Source: Lophium mytilinum
Taxonomy: Eukaryota
DNA: 64,000 bases
Assembly: GCA_010093605.1 (NCBI GenBank)
Contig: MU004188.1
Location: 933,673-997,672 of the forward strand
Reading direction: 5' to 3'
The notes beneath the pieces were generated by a model. That model ran no database searches. It was not told where the DNA came from and was given only the letters and a program-made list of their open reading frames with translations. Both the position numbers and the translations under genes were made by a program. This document shows, one piece after another, positions 13,292-27,511 of this stretch; the stretch's first letter is position 1, and each line of letters starts with the position of its first letter.

Positions 13292-16108
13292 CGCCTTCAT
13301 AGTTGGTTCACGAAAAGAGGGGGTGGTGGGTAGACGTGACAGGAGTTTCCAATTCTGAAGTGTTCTTTATACCACGCGTACATGGTTTCTAGAAAAAGTG
13401 CAAAAGGGAATTGGGGCGGAGGTCATTTGCAAATGCATGGCATGGTTCTGCAGCGTGTAGAATTGAGCGAGGGCGGGGTTTTTGAGACAAGGGCAATGGG
13501 TAAGAGGCGGGAGGCGTTGTGCTTTACGGTATTCTGCATCCCCGCAAAGGTATCGAGAAATTACGTTCGAGTCTAAAGCGGACGGATGGGAGGGCGGAAA
13601 AGCGTTTCTTGGGCGGGCTTTTGGTACTTTTAGCGTTTGCGGATATGGATTGCTTGACACCATTGTTGTTTTGCTGTTGTTTACGTGAAGCTAGTGTAGA
13701 CGGGCGCGGGCAGTTGTGTAAATAGTAGGGGACTCTATTTTATCGAGTATCAGATCTACTAGCCCAACGTTCTGGGCTGTTCGCGATGACGATACCGCGG
13801 ATCTCGAGTTGCTAGGGATCCCGACTAGAAGGCAATGTGTATCTGGAGCAGCGGAGGTCCGCAATTGGCGCCAAGGTAAATTGGAGGAGGGGAAACACAC
13901 CGCTGTTCTGGGAGATCAGCGCACGCAGACACCCGTCGAGTCCGCGAATCTCAAGCGGCTGTACAACAGGTGTGGTTCTTCCTGGGCCGGTGCAGTGTTT
14001 GAGGATTGAGAGGGTTATATGAGGGTTAGAGTTATAGACAGCGCACGTGCAAGGGTCTTGGCTGGTTTGGTGTGGACGTGGCAGATAGCGGATCTAGGGG
14101 ATCCTGTCTTGAAAACCGGATCCCGGACAGGAGGATCTGGGTATGGGGATTGGGATTGGAGTAGGATTTGGTGAGTGCATTTCTGTGCCCTGAGAGTTGT
14201 CGAGGGGGATTAGTGTTGCAATTAAGTGGTAGGGGGTTGTGCCACTTTCGTAATTCGATGGCTGGATGGTGGCTTGATGCAGGTTCTGTGACAGGCGGCC
14301 GTGCCCGTTTATGCAGTGGACTGTGTTGCATTACATAAGGGATCGCCGACATGAGATTTGAGGTTGTCAATTGCCGGTTGTATTATTTCTGCGTGGTTGT
14401 AATCATTACTCACGGGCAGCCATTCACGGACTGTTCATCAGGATGCAGGAAATAAGCTGCCCATCAAAATCACAGCTACCTGCCGTCAACCTCAACTTGG
14501 CATCTGCACAGGGGCAATAGTTCAGAGTTTTCGTCGGGGAGATGGGGAGACCCCCCTTCGATGGGTTCCTGCGCATTGATCGTTGCGGTGCAGATGGGCA
14601 GGCTCCGATGAGTCGACGTTCAATTTTGCGTGAGCGCTAGGGCGCATCCAAGTTATGCGCGCTCCACTCTGCGACGAAGGTTGTCGAAGTGGAGAACAGA
14701 CCAACGCCACATCAGGACGGCCTCAGGCTAGCTGCTTTGGCGGTGAACAGATCGCAACGGCACGAGTCGAATCGGCAATGGCGCGAGAGGGTCCAACGAG
14801 GGTCCAGCAGGTGATTGCTCCCACCACGACTCCGCTCGCGCAGCGATTTTCCCTGAAACCGCCCTCGGCTGGCTTTCCGGCCAAGAAAAGACGTGCCGCA
14901 ACGCCTGCCTGCACGCTCGAGGTTGCAGGGAGGGTCCACAACGGGGATCAGCAGCAGCGAGCATGCTCGACCGCGTCCGTCCATTTGCTGGCCGCCGAGA
15001 GTGGAGCGCTGGGATGTGGAGCGCCGGCGCTGAGGCCGCGGGCTGGCGCGGTGCAAATTGATACAACCACAGGCGCTTGCTGGACGAGTTGTCAATTTGC
15101 ACCTGGTTGGGGCCAGCGCGGCTGTCGAGCGTGCCCGAAAAATCTCGTTTGGCGCCCGTCGTTTACATGGCTTTATGCTCGCTGGTCTTGTTGAGCTGTC
15201 AGGCCGCGAACAGCGATCGATCCGGGAGCAGCACTGGCAGCTTGTTCCGCAGAAGGGCACACAGAAGAGATGACAGTCAGTGCCGACGGCGAACTGCGCA
15301 ATACGGGCCAAGATACCTCGAGGCAAATCCACGATGATAAGCTGGCTGCCATGTGACGAGGGCCAGCAGCACGTTATGACCCGCGGGAAGGCTGCATTGC
15401 GTGCGTTTTTGCCCCTCCGAAAGCGCCGTCTTCCTTGCTCTCGTGAGGTGGTTCCGTAGGACGATCGCCAGTCGCATGACCATAATCTGGCGCCGGCAGT
15501 CGATGCTATCGCTGTGTCGCAGAGGGGGAGCTGTAGTGCGTATGTAATAGTTTCCGCGGCTCGCCGTGATTCCAGATCTCCCTGCGTGAGACGGATTGCT
15601 CTGGCCGCTCTCTCGCAGTGGCAGTCATGGTTGGAGTGCGCTGGGCAGTGCGAATAATTTGACCCACGGCTAGCAGCGCGGTGTTTCAGACGCGGCGTGG
15701 TCGAATGCATGCCCAGGCCGAGCGCAGGCAGTTTATTTGCCTGTCTGTCACGGTCACACAGCGGGGCCGGGCTGCGATCCCTTCACCAAAGTCGGGCGCT
15801 AGCTAGTCGCGAAATTGCGGTGCTTCCCCCAGGCAACCCGACTACAAGAAAGAAGCCCCTGTGCTCGCAGCCCATCCTTCTTGCTTCCTCCACTCCACAT
15901 CACTCCACCTCACAAACATTCTCCCATCACCCGAGCCACTCTCGTCTGCCCTTGCAGCCAGAGCCTTTCTTTGCTACAGCTTGTAATATCACGTTGTCGA
16001 GAGCTTGTCTCAGTCACGTTCTTATCTTTGCCCGTCCGCCACGACACCACACCGCCCATCCTCTACACTCCCCTCTAGCATCCTCTAGACACCACACTCG
16101 CAAGCACA

Positions 16109-18269
16109 ATGGCCGAAGTACAGAAACCCCTCGTTGCTGAGACCCCAGCGGTCGTTGAGCCCACCCCGGTGCTCGCAGAGACACCCGCTGTTGAAACAAA
16201 GGTGGAGGAACCAGCTGCCACCGAGCCGACCACCGAGACACCTGCCACGGCTGAGACACCTGCAGAGGCTGCTCCCGCCGCTGAGGAGAAGGTCACGAAG
16301 GCTGAGAAGCCCGTCGAGCCCATCACCTCCGGTGCCTTGGGCTACAAGGCTCCCGGCCTGAAGAAGTAAGCTCTGCTCCGTCTGCACCTCCACGTGGCAG
16401 CCGCTAATTTTTTGTCTCAGCGCCTTCCGCTACTCCAAGAAGTACTTCTGGTTTGGCGAGGAGCCCGTGTCCGCCCAGAGCCTCAGCACCTACCTCCGCG
16501 GCGAGAAGCCCGAGGTTGCACAGCCAACTGTCGCCTGGTCCACCCAGACCGGCAAGGGACTGCTATACTTTGTCAAGCACGCTGACCAGAAGGCCACCCC
16601 GGCTGGTGTTCTGAACTTGGTAGGTCTTCGCGCAAAAATCTGTCCTCACAAAATATACTAACATTTGTCTACCAGGCTGATGCCACTGAGCTCACCAAGG
16701 ATGGCGTTGTTGCTTTCCACCTGAAGATCCACGGCCACAAGCACGCCTTCGAGGCCAGCACCGCCCCCGAGCGCAACGGCTGGTACGTCTCTTTTGAGAC
16801 CGCCATCGCAGAGGCCAAGGAATCGAAGAAGGATCTTATCGAGTCTGCCGGCTACAAGGAGCAGCTCGAGAAGCTCGGTACGTTGTCACGCGAGAGACCC
16901 ACAGAAATAATTTATTGTTGCATATTTCGCTTCTTCCCGTTCTGCATGCTAACTCGCGTGTTTAGGCAAGCCTGCCACGCTAGCCGTCGCCTCCGCCTCT
17001 GCCGCTAAGGAGGCCGTCCCCAAGAAGAGCACCGAGGTTAAGCCGACCGAGCCCGCCGCCGCTCGCACTGGCTCGTCCTCGAGCAGCAGCAGCTCTGACA
17101 ACGAGGAAAAGAAGAAGAAGGCGTCCAAGAGCAAGAGCCGCTCCGTCTCTCGCGGCAAGCGCGCCAGCGTTTTTGGCACTCTTTTGGGCAAGAAGGAGAA
17201 GCTCGAGGAGAAGAAGGAAGAAAAGAAGGAGGAGAAAAAGGAAGAGAAGGCTGCCGAAGAGGGTGAGCCATCTACTGCCGCTGCCGTCGAGCCCGTCGTT
17301 GCTGGTAAGTACTGTCTTTACGACTGCAAGCGACTTGTCTGACATTCCACAGCCCCCGTCATCGAAGCCCCTGCGGAGGAAACTTCCGCCCCAGTCGTTG
17401 CAGAGGCCACTGAGGCCCCCAAGACCGAGGAGGTTGCTCCCGTCGCTGAGACCACCGAGGCCAAGACTACTGAGGCTAAGCCCAAGCCCACCAAGCGTGG
17501 CTCCATCTTCGGCAACTTCGTTGAGAAGCTGAGGAGCCCGACAACTGAGAAGAAGGAGCCGGAATTCGCTCCCGCTGTTCCCGCGAAAGAGGAGCCTGTC
17601 TCTGCTGAGGCACCCCAGATTGAGGAGCCGACTGCTCCCATTGTCGCCGATGAGACTACTGAGGCGCCCAAGGTCGAGGAGGCACCCAAGGCCGAGACTC
17701 CCGTCATCACCACTCCCGCCAGGGAGAAGGAGGCCTTCTCGTTCAGCAAGTTCTTGAAGAGCGAGAAGGCCAAGTCTCCGGCCACCGAGACTGCCCCCGT
17801 TGTCAAGACTGAGAACGAGGCCCCCAAGATCGAGGAGATTCCAGCTGTTGCCCCGGCCGAAACTGAGGCGACTCCCGCCGTTGTCGAGCCCAAGGCGGAG
17901 GAGCCCATTGTCGCCAAGGAGGAGACCACCCCTGCTGCCCACAAGGCCAAGCGTGGTTCCATCTTCGGTAACCTCACCAACAGCGGCAAGAAGGAGAAGA
18001 CTGAGGGCGAGACTGAGCCCAAGAAGGGGGGGCTTACTGGCCTGTTCCGCAGCGCCAGCAAGTCGGTCAAGCCGCTCGCCAAGAAGGAGAAGGAGCCTGC
18101 CACCCCGGCCAAGGTTGAGGAGGAGAAGGTTGAGGAGCCCACCGTTGCCGAGCCCACCGCTGCTGTCGAGCCCAAGACGGAGCCCCAGTCCATCGGCGAC
18201 GTCGTTCCGGATGCGGTTACAGTAGGGCAGGCCCCCAAGAGCACGACCGAGGTCTCAGCTACTGCATAA
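16109..18269 (+). CDS. PH-domain protein (Meu6/PH_6-like) with long acidic E/A/P/K-rich low-complexity tail
   Basis: Five exons; PH segment GALGYKAPG...KKYFWFG...AWSTQTGKGLLYF...PAGVLNL...HAFEA..ERNGW; strongly C-ending codon usage suggests high expression. Confidence 0.8.
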
Positions 18270-19457
18270 AGTATGGTGGGAAGACCCCTCATACGTCGAC
18301 GACAGCCATGATGGAATGACGGAAAAGCGGAAACGCATGTCTCTTGTTTGACCGGACGGACCACCCAGCGACTATACACAGAATCTAGGATACGGCTCTG
18401 ATATCTTCCGGATGCAGAGCTAGACTTGGATTACACACAAGCCTCTCACTACCCATATACCCGTACACACCATCCTTTCGAATCGCATCACCAGCCCTCT
18501 GTCGCTCGCTCATCCACACACACAAAAAAAGGATATACCCGTGGGTTTTCTACGTCTTGCGTCGCATCGCGCATAATCGGTGGCCTCCCGCCGCCTTGCG
18601 CTGTTTTATTGCTTTTGTTTTATGTTGGACGTTATTGTCTAGATTGATACCACTGCTGCACCCTAGTTTTTGCTTTTGAGATATCACTTTGCGCTGCTTG
18701 TCATCGACTGGCTCTCGTTTTTGGAATTTTTGTTTGTTTTACCTCTGCGAATACCCCCTGATACCCTGCGTACTGCCTTATTAGGATATTGTACAAGCGG
18801 CCATTAGGGCACCACCCCAATTCCGTTAATAATCTCTAATAGACAATGCGGTTTTCATTTGACATTCCCAATTCTGCTGTGCCTGTGTATGATGTGGGAA
18901 GTGTCTTGGGGAGTATAGATGCGCAATGTAGGGTTGCAGAGGGTACATTAGGATCTAGACACAGGGTGAGGATAGGATGAATGCTTCATGAAATTGACTC
19001 GCGGAGCCGGCGACTAGGCCGTCACCCAGAGAGCTGTGCCGCTTTTCGGATTGCGTTTGGCGCTTGACGAACCGCTCGTGTTAGCGTCGCGAGGGCTGGA
19101 CTAGGGCTATTTCGCAGGCATAGCCCGGTCCGTCTCCAGTTTTCCTCGTGCGCCTTGACTCTCCAGCATTGCTTCATCTGCATCACCACTTCGCGCCCGC
19201 GCTGTGCACCAAACGCCCTGCCAACACATCACCTTCCCCTGCGTACCCTTCCCCTGCGTGCTGTCCGTTCGTTTGTGCAACTTGCTCTTCCTTACCGCAT
19301 GCCTGTCTGTTTATGCTTCTTGCCAAGACTGTCTCGGTGCTCGTCCCCGCGTCTCCACTCCGCAAAAGCTTGATGTGCCCGACTTTACGGAGCAGCTTTG
19401 TTGTTGGGTCGTGACTACGCTGCGAAAGCGCAGTGAACGAAGGATTGCACAGCAAAG

Positions 19458-20650
19458 ATGGTGAGTATTCTACTGTGGAATTGAGTCTAGGCTTCGAGTG
19501 TCTTGAATTATCTGCTACCATCATGCGATCCCCCTCAATGCGCTAGTGGCAGCTCTCACGCCTTCGAAACATCCCAGAGCACCGCTAACAGAGGACCTCA
19601 ATGCCAGGGCTGCTGCTTCTCCTCTGACCGATCTCCTGCGAACTCGCCATATATTCCTCCTACTGCAGCCACTGCGCCAGACGCCTCCGACCGCAACATC
19701 ACCGTCTCCTCGCCACCTCACCCCGCCTCTCTCCTCTCCCACGCGAACACCACTCCTCGTGCTTCCCATGCTTCACATCATCACCACCATACCCCTCCTT
19801 CCACAGCGTCCAAGTCTGTAGCGCCGAATCATCCTCTGCGGCCTCTACTTGCGGGTCAACGCTGCGACCTCCCCGCCTCCCTTGGCCAGGAACAAGCTCT
19901 AATCGACCAGAGCAATGGGCGACATCATACTAGACCTACCCCGTTGACCTCCTCCACCTCCACGCGTTGGACCCGCACAAGGCTAGAGCGCGAACGCCGC
20001 GACTTCTTCGACACCAGGGTCACCGGGAACCCTGAGATATGGGCCCTAGTACGGACAGTGGTGGAGCTGATACGGGCGGGGCAAGTGCGGGAAGCACAGG
20101 GCGTGCTAGATGCCGGGGGCTGCACGTGTCCAACCGGAGAGGTATGGCGGGGGCTGTTTGACGAGAAGGGCGAGTTTTACAAAGTGCCCGAGTGGGTGGT
20201 TGTGGAGCCGTCAGGCTTGGTCGAGGAGCGGGGGGATGGGAAGGATAGTCGGAGCGGGACTGATGATGAGTTTGATGATGAGGACGCGGTCGTGGAAAAA
20301 GTGGACAAGGGGAAAGGGAGGGCGGTGGAGGGGGATGTGTTGCCTGGGGTTGTGGTGGCGGACAAGGGGGCTATACTAAAGGTGAGGGCGAGGCTGAGTG
20401 ATCGCGGAACCGATGTTTCCATAAAGATTGGGAGTGAGGAGCGGGTGGGGCTGTTGGTGAGGAGGATTAGGGAGGTTGCGGACGTGAGTAGTATCAGTCG
20501 CATTATTTGCTCCCTCCTAACTTTGCGTAGATTGAACCACATACTCGCCTCAAGATCGCGTACATGGGCAAGATCCTACACGACCATGAGTCCCTAGCCT
20601 CTCAGGGCTGGCGCGATAAGGACGTCGTCAATGCCCTTGTGTTTCAATAG
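19458..20650 (+). CDS. Ubiquitin-domain protein of the UBTD1/DC-UbP type
   Basis: ERRDFFDTRVTGNPEIW, CTCPTG, DEKGEFYKVPEWVV, C-terminal Ubl (LKIAYMGKILHDHESLASQGW). First exon codes only ATG, giving MGCCFS; second intron ~20484-20530. Confidence 0.85.
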
Positions 20651-21989
20651 CACTAGCTTGGGATCCGATGCTTCTCATACGCCGCCTCAACCTCCCGAGT
20701 CTCTACGCTCAAAAAGAACGTTTCGAAAATAACGTACCGGCGCCCTACTTGGACTGCCCTGATTTCAGACACACCTACCGAAGCTCAGTCTCTACCTCGA
20801 CCGAGACTCCCACCAACCAGATCACCTACACGACCCCTCCACGCATCGCGTCAAGGCCCCTCAGCTCGACCGTACCGTTTCCAAAGCCCAATTTTGCATA
20901 CTGCTCCTCCGCTTTCCTCGTCTCTCCTCTCTACTAATCTAATCTCTCCTTTTCCTCGCGTTCAGAATAGATACCCCACCCCGTTTGTGTTTCCTAGGCT
21001 CCTTTCATACTTGTGAGCTTACCTAATGTTGCATTTGCCCTTTTTGGTTGTTTTGAATGTTGGCAGGGCTGGAGCGTTGTGTAAAAATGTGCGATGCTGG
21101 CGTGATTCATAGTATGGATGATAATGGTACGTCAGGATGTTTGAGCTTTTGGCAAAGTGAATGGGATTGACTTTGAGTTGGGAAAGTGACGGGGTTGGGC
21201 TGGGGATGAGTTGGGGATGGGGGATAGGCTCTTATTGATCTATCTGGATGTTACACGAATCCTCTGATTCGATTTGGAGGGTCGACAGAGTCAAGACGCA
21301 AACTCCGCCCAGTTTACACCTTCCGATCTTTTATATCTAATCTAGATATTTTGAACGTGCTGAAGCACTACTAACAACGCCACCCTTCCTCGATGCACGC
21401 AACTCAACTCTTGTCACGACTTGCGAGTAACCTATAACGATCTTCACTTCAGATGATGTGAATCAACGCATGTCGACCTCAACGTGTCAAGAAGAGCGCA
21501 AATCGCGCGGACTAGTTCCCATTATACATGTTGTACCGCGAAACAACTATCAACCATGGATCTGATTTGCGACGTCCGGAATTGTACTCCAAACATGCAA
21601 ACGAAATTGAACATAAGGAAGTCACAACAGCCAATTATGCTTCGCCTCTAGCTTCTTTGAAATTCGCTAAATGGTGGTAATAAACCTGAACATCCTACGA
21701 CCGTAGGAATGATTCTTAGCAGACTAAGTCTTCTGGGAGCATTATCATCAATGCATGACGTGGGACTTCCTCAAGCTTCTCAATTTCTCAAATCATCCAA
21801 AAACCAATAACAACTGTTTAACCCAACCCTGAGCCGATTTGATAGATTATCGAACGATTGGTTGAACCTTACTGTAGCTCGCAAGATCCCTGCTCTCAGC
21901 ACCTGCGCCTGGACACCTCAACACCAACATGTCAGCCAAACCGAAGTCTCGCAACAAACCCATCTAACGAGCTATATGTAGCTACGACA

Positions 21990-23645
21990 ATGGTCGGTGT
22001 ACCAGGGCTCAGCAAAGGTCGGCCCGCTCATTCGTAGCTCTCGGAACCCCTTCCTAACCCTTCCAAGGTTGTCATACCTGCAAAAAGCGAAAGATAAAAT
22101 GCGGTAAGACAATTCAAGCTGTCTGCCTTTCTCCTTTCGTCATACTGAGTCAATGAGACGAGAGCAAGCCTATCTGTCAACGATGTCAGACGTCTGGATA
22201 CGTCTGCGCTGGCTACGCCCACCCGCCTCATTTCGTCCACGCATCAACGGTGCCCTTCACGTCCATGGAAGATGATGTTACCACCCCGAAAAAGCCGAAA
22301 GATTCGACATCAGCTACGCCAGTCACTGTCGTACCTCGCATGCGGACCCCAGCACCCAACGAGCTCAGTCTCGTAGCCTTCAAGGCCGACTTCTGCCTCT
22401 CCTTCCTCTTCGACAACTTCGTATGGCGAACCTACGGCACGCCGTGGCTGCAAACAGCAGCGGCGGGTAAGCTGGATTCGCTGGCGCTCGAAGCCTGTCA
22501 AGCGCTGTCCTGGGCCCACTTTGGCGTAACGCATCACCAGCGAGACATCCTGGTGGAGGGATCGGTGAGGTATGGGAACGCGCTCAAGGGGCTGATTCCT
22601 GGGCTCTCGGATCCGATGAGGCCGGGCGTGGAGGCTTTGATTGTGCCGGTCATGATTATGTTGATGCATGCGGTAGGTAGCCTTATCTTGGTTGTTGGGT
22701 CATGGCTGATGGCGTCGGGAAGTCGTTTCAGGAGGATCGAGCGGCGTCTGTTGCTCATTTGAAAGGGTTGATGACGCTTTTGCTTGTGTGTGGGCCGGAG
22801 AAATTTCAGCGGGAGCCGCTGAGGAGTGCGTTTGAGTCGTGTCGAGCGACGCTGGTGAGTCTTATTCTGTGTACTTGTGGAGTCTACTGATGGGAAAGGT
22901 CACTACCGCACTCATCTCGCGACAACGTAGTTTTCTCGAGGAAGGGAGGTGGTGCTCGATACCATGGGCTCTGGATCCCGCGTCCAAGAGCCAACAGAAC
23001 CACTTGGTTGATATACTAGTCACAGTCCCGGGCTTCCTCGAGGATGACGCTAGGCTGCGACAAATCGAGGACCCTGAACTGAAGCAAAGCCTGCTATACA
23101 AAGTCAAAGCACAACTAGAGAACCTTTACAGCTGGCGATGGGCATGGGACGCTGCTAATCCGGCCGCAGTGTGGGAGGTTTACCCATCTTCGTCGCCGGC
23201 AATTGCTTCTCGAGCAGTAGAGAGGAGCCTTCACTTCTCCAACCAACTCCTCGCTAGCGAGATTTCTCTCTACAATGCCGTGCTGATGTGGCTCCTCGGG
23301 CTTCTCTGGCGCCTTGAACCACCTGCAGCGTTATTCATCACACCAGTCCCACGAACTCCCCTTCGGACACCGATTCTACGACCACACCAAGTTCATAGTC
23401 TCCGTGACCCAGCCATCGAGATCTGTCTCACGTTCGAGTTCCAGATGCGCGATGCGAGCCACAGCCGCGACAGCGCACTCTTCTTCCTTTTCCCGCTCGG
23501 ACTGGCTTGGACAGTGCTGGAATCAGAGCCGGCATTCCGCGATTGGATTCGCAGCATGCTGGATCAATCATCAGTGACTGGAGGATACGCAATAGGGCGG
23601 AACGCATGGTTCGGCAACTACTATATCCCAAAGGTGTTCCAATGA
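21990..23645 (+). CDS. Zn(II)2Cys6 fungal transcription factor
   Basis: Spliced N-terminus MVGVPGLSKGCHTCKKRKIKCDESKPICQRCQTSGYVC (CxxC-x6-C-x6-CxxC-x6-C); four introns; fungal TF-type C-terminal region with W..IPW. Confidence 0.85.
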
Positions 23646-24743
23646 TGCTCAGCAGTCGTCTGTCGTCGTCGTGAGACGTAAAGCTAGGATCACGCAGCCG
23701 AAGCTTGACCGCAGTGCACGACCCCCTTCAAGCTATGCCTGTCAGGAGAGCTGCGTACTGCGTACCTCCTACTCCGTATCACGGGCAGCATGGAACTATC
23801 TAATTGCCCGCCTGTTTTGGGCAATGCGCGAAATTAATCTAGGATTAGCACTCTGCAGCCGCGCGGTCGGTATTATTTGTGCGCCTGCTCGTCTGTTTCT
23901 ACGATACACACAAAAGAGGAGCTGGAGCAACGAAGCAGCAACAACAGACAGACTGGCGATATCCCTGCGATCGGCACATTCGCCCGCTGCTTGGCCTGTC
24001 TCACTCAATGGAAGCTTGTTTTGACGCGCACGGGCTGGACTGGCCTGTGGCGTCGAGTCGGGATGCCGATTTGAGCAGGGCGCGAAAAAGACGGTCTTGA
24101 AATGCCATGGCCTTCACATGGAGCCAAGAGCCCACGGAGTTGGCGCCGTGTCCATTCACGGCGAGGTGCGTGGGCGAGTGTGGAAAAGGCGCTCCTGCCG
24201 CGGCCTGTTGATACTTTTGGGTAATATTTTCAGCAGGTTTGACAGGCTGGGCCGTGCCGGGTTAGCTGCCGAGTCCCTGGCGCCCGAATGAACGGCTTTG
24301 ACAGGAGCTGGCGTGGGCATGACCCGGTGTTGCACGCGCAACCTTGGAAGTGGATGCCATTTGCGCCGCATTGATGAATGAGGCGCTCCATGGCGACAGC
24401 GGGGCCGCGTTACGGCGTAAAAGGAGCTGCCACACTGCTCAACGTGCACACCCGCCGGGATCGCTGTTGGCCACTGTCAAAAGAGCCGCCTTCCCCTGTG
24501 CGACGACTGTGCCGCACAACCTCTTGCCCGTCATGACGAGGCTTGTTATTATTACTCCCTTTCACCCTCTCTCGTAGAGCCATCTGTCGTTTCTGCCGCT
24601 GAGAATCTCATCAATCCACATCGGGAGGATTGACAGTTCCCTAAGTCGTTTGCGCTGTGCATGTAAAGGCGGGGATCTGCATTGCACTTTCAAAACATTC
24701 CACGTCGTCATTCTTGTTTCAACTCATTCTTAACCATCCAGTC

Positions 24744-26200
24744 ATGATCTTCCAATACCAGCGCGCCGTCGGGCTGGCCTGTGTGGCCATGTTCCTGTTT
24801 TTGGTCATCAGTATTACCGTTTTACCTCTGAAAACCTTCGACGTACTGCATTTCGGGACCAGCTCGAGAAACGGCAGTCACAAAACTGATCCGACGTGGA
24901 ACCATCCCAGCTCTTCCCACTCGTGGACTTTCCAGGCACCTCGCGACGCAAAGAACTACGGACTCTCGCCTGAGCAATGCGACGCTTCCTTTCCCGACCT
25001 CGGGCACTCCCTTGAACGCTCAATTGCCCACCGCAAAGAGGTTGGGAATATCAAGCCCGAAGATCTTGGTGTTGGCTGGAGGAGCGATGGAATTGTGCGC
25101 GCTATGATATTCGACAATCAAGTGGGTGTCTCGAATGCTTCGCTGCTTGACAAATCACTAATACGTCCTCATAGCTATATATCATAGAAGCCAAAGGATG
25201 CCACCGCCGTGACTTCCGAGAGCGAACAGTCGCAGTCTTGCAGTCCATCTGGCGCGCCGTTGTATCATGGCCCGGCCCAATCCCAAACATCGAATTTACC
25301 TTTACCATCGACGACGGCGCATACGACCAGGGCGTTTCATCCGAAAACCCTCCAGTGACATGGTCCCTTACACGCAAGGATGATCCTCTCTTTGACAACC
25401 TCTGGCTGATGGCCGACTTCGGATTCTACGTGTGGGGAGCAACTGGCGACTATAATGCTCTACGCAGGGCCATCGCAGACGACGAGATACTCTTCGATAA
25501 GAAGGACCCCCGTGCCGTCTGGCGTGGAGGAAAGCTACCAGAGAAAGCACCCCAGGAACTCCGCAACAGCCTCATCGCGAGCTCCCACAACCAACCATGG
25601 GCCGACGTCGACTTCTTCGACTGGAGCCAAGGCCGAGACGGCCCCAACAACTGGATCTCAATCTCGCAGCTATGCAAATACCTGTTCCCCGTGCACACCG
25701 AGGGCCGCACCTACTCAGGCCGCCTCAAATACATCCTCAACTGCCACTCCGTCGCCGTCGTGCACAAGCTGCAGTGGGAAGAGAACTTCCACCACCTCCT
25801 CGTCGCCGACGGGCCGGACCAGAACTACATCCAGGTCGAGCGCGACTTCTCGGACCTCAAGCAGAAAATGGAGCATTATCTTGCGCACCCCGCTGAGACG
25901 CGCCGCATCGCGGATAATAGTGTGAAGGTGTTCCGCGACCGCTACCTCACGCCCGCCGCACAGGCGTGCTACTGGCGCAAGCTGTTCGCCGCGTACCGCG
26001 AGGTCAGCTTCGAGCCGGCGTTCTACATGACGGTGGCGGAGCAGGAGCGGCTGGAGCTGGACAGGGCGGGGGATAATGAGGAGGCGAGGAACGCGACGAC
26101 GCGGAAGTTTGAGGGGAAGGATAGGGCAGAGAAAGTGCCGAGGGGCATGCCGTATGAGAAGTTTACGCTTATTGAGATTTATGAGGATAATCCCTGGTAG
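24744..26200 (+). CDS. Glycosyltransferase family 90 (CAP10/KDELC-like), type II membrane protein
   Basis: N-terminal TM anchor, CDASFPDL, PNIEF, WLMADFGF, AVWRG, CKYLFPVHTEGRTYSGRLKY, RDRYLTPAAQACYWR; one intron ~25122-25174. Confidence 0.88.
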
Positions 26201-27511
26201 GGGATACGACTTCTCGTTGCACGAGAAAAACACGAATGCGATTCTTGGAATTTGACAGTATGGGAGGACCGCGAATGTTCGCACGGTGCTGGACTAGGGG
26301 TACGTTCTACCCCGTAGCCGTCGGCGCAGAAAAATCTAGCGACGCGCGTTGTTTGGCCGAGCGGTGACGACGTGGGACCCACTGTGGATGGGAGGATGGA
26401 TCCGCGTACCACGCCCGTGGTATTGACCGCAACGACATGCAATTCCAGTCTGGTTACCGAGGCCGATGCATCGTCCCTGGAATACCTCTCCCTGTGTCCT
26501 GTCTTCGCTGGATGGTGTCGCGAAAGAGGGTCAACCTGACTCCCGGCACTTTGTCGATTCCGGCGCGATACCTGATTACCGCGGCTCGGTGGGCTTTGTT
26601 GACTTTACGTCCTTCTACCGTGTAAATTGGATGCATGGTTCGCCCGCAGCATCTCGTGTTTGAGGGCATGATATGGCGGGCCCGTGGAGGACGCCCGAGC
26701 AATAGCTATCGGAGAAGGGGCGATGTAAAGACGTTGAGTCGCGAGACTGTAGCTCTTGGGACATGGAATGGAGTATAAGGCGACCATTGGACAGGGAACT
26801 CGAGGACAGGCTGAGACATATTCATGTCCGCTAGAAAACGTTGGGTTGTAAGGGTAATAGCGAGTGCTGCTTTGACACTCACTGTCAAGAAGGAGTAGCT
26901 GTGTCGAATACGGCGCACGGCATCTTATACCTATCCTCACCTTCCTCTAGACCTCTCTCTCTATTTTTCCTAGATCATCATCATTCAATACGTCACAAAC
27001 CTAGCCTACAGCTCATTGTTCCGTGCCACCCTCAAAGCGTCGATTATCGGCAAGAGTCTGGAGCGGGTGGTTGCATGCTTCAATTGGTAATGTCGAATAT
27101 ATAATATGTATGTATGCAAAGTACACTGCAATCAACCGGTATACATGAACTGAAAGTTTCTTCATTTCGCTTCGTCCTAGCAGTGGGTTGTGCCATGTAA
27201 TGAAGAAACGATAGACGCTTCCGCCCGCATGCGCCTTCATTTCGCCATCCTCTCTCTCTCTTTATCCAATTAGCAGCCGCTCACGGACGCTCTTGACCGG
27301 GAAATATCTTCTATGAAAGCGCCTTTAGTTGAGAGAGATGGGGCGACAAAAATAATGAAGACGAGACTAATTCAGTGATACACCAAAACGGCATCGGTTC
27401 TATGTCCCTCCTGAGCTCCCACACCGAAAAAGCATATCAAGCCTTCTAGACTCGAACAACGGAACACTTCGACCGAATCTATCACAGTATCCATTCAAAG
27501 CCTACCCCATT

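Noticed and set aside
14522..15710. Overlapping ORFs up to 332 aa on both strands
   Set aside because: R/C/S/A-rich, no motifs or codon bias; typical chance ORFs in GC-rich promoter DNA.
16980..18379. Long antisense ORFs (320 and 353 aa); likewise 53264-54307
   Set aside because: Shadows of strongly codon-biased sense genes.
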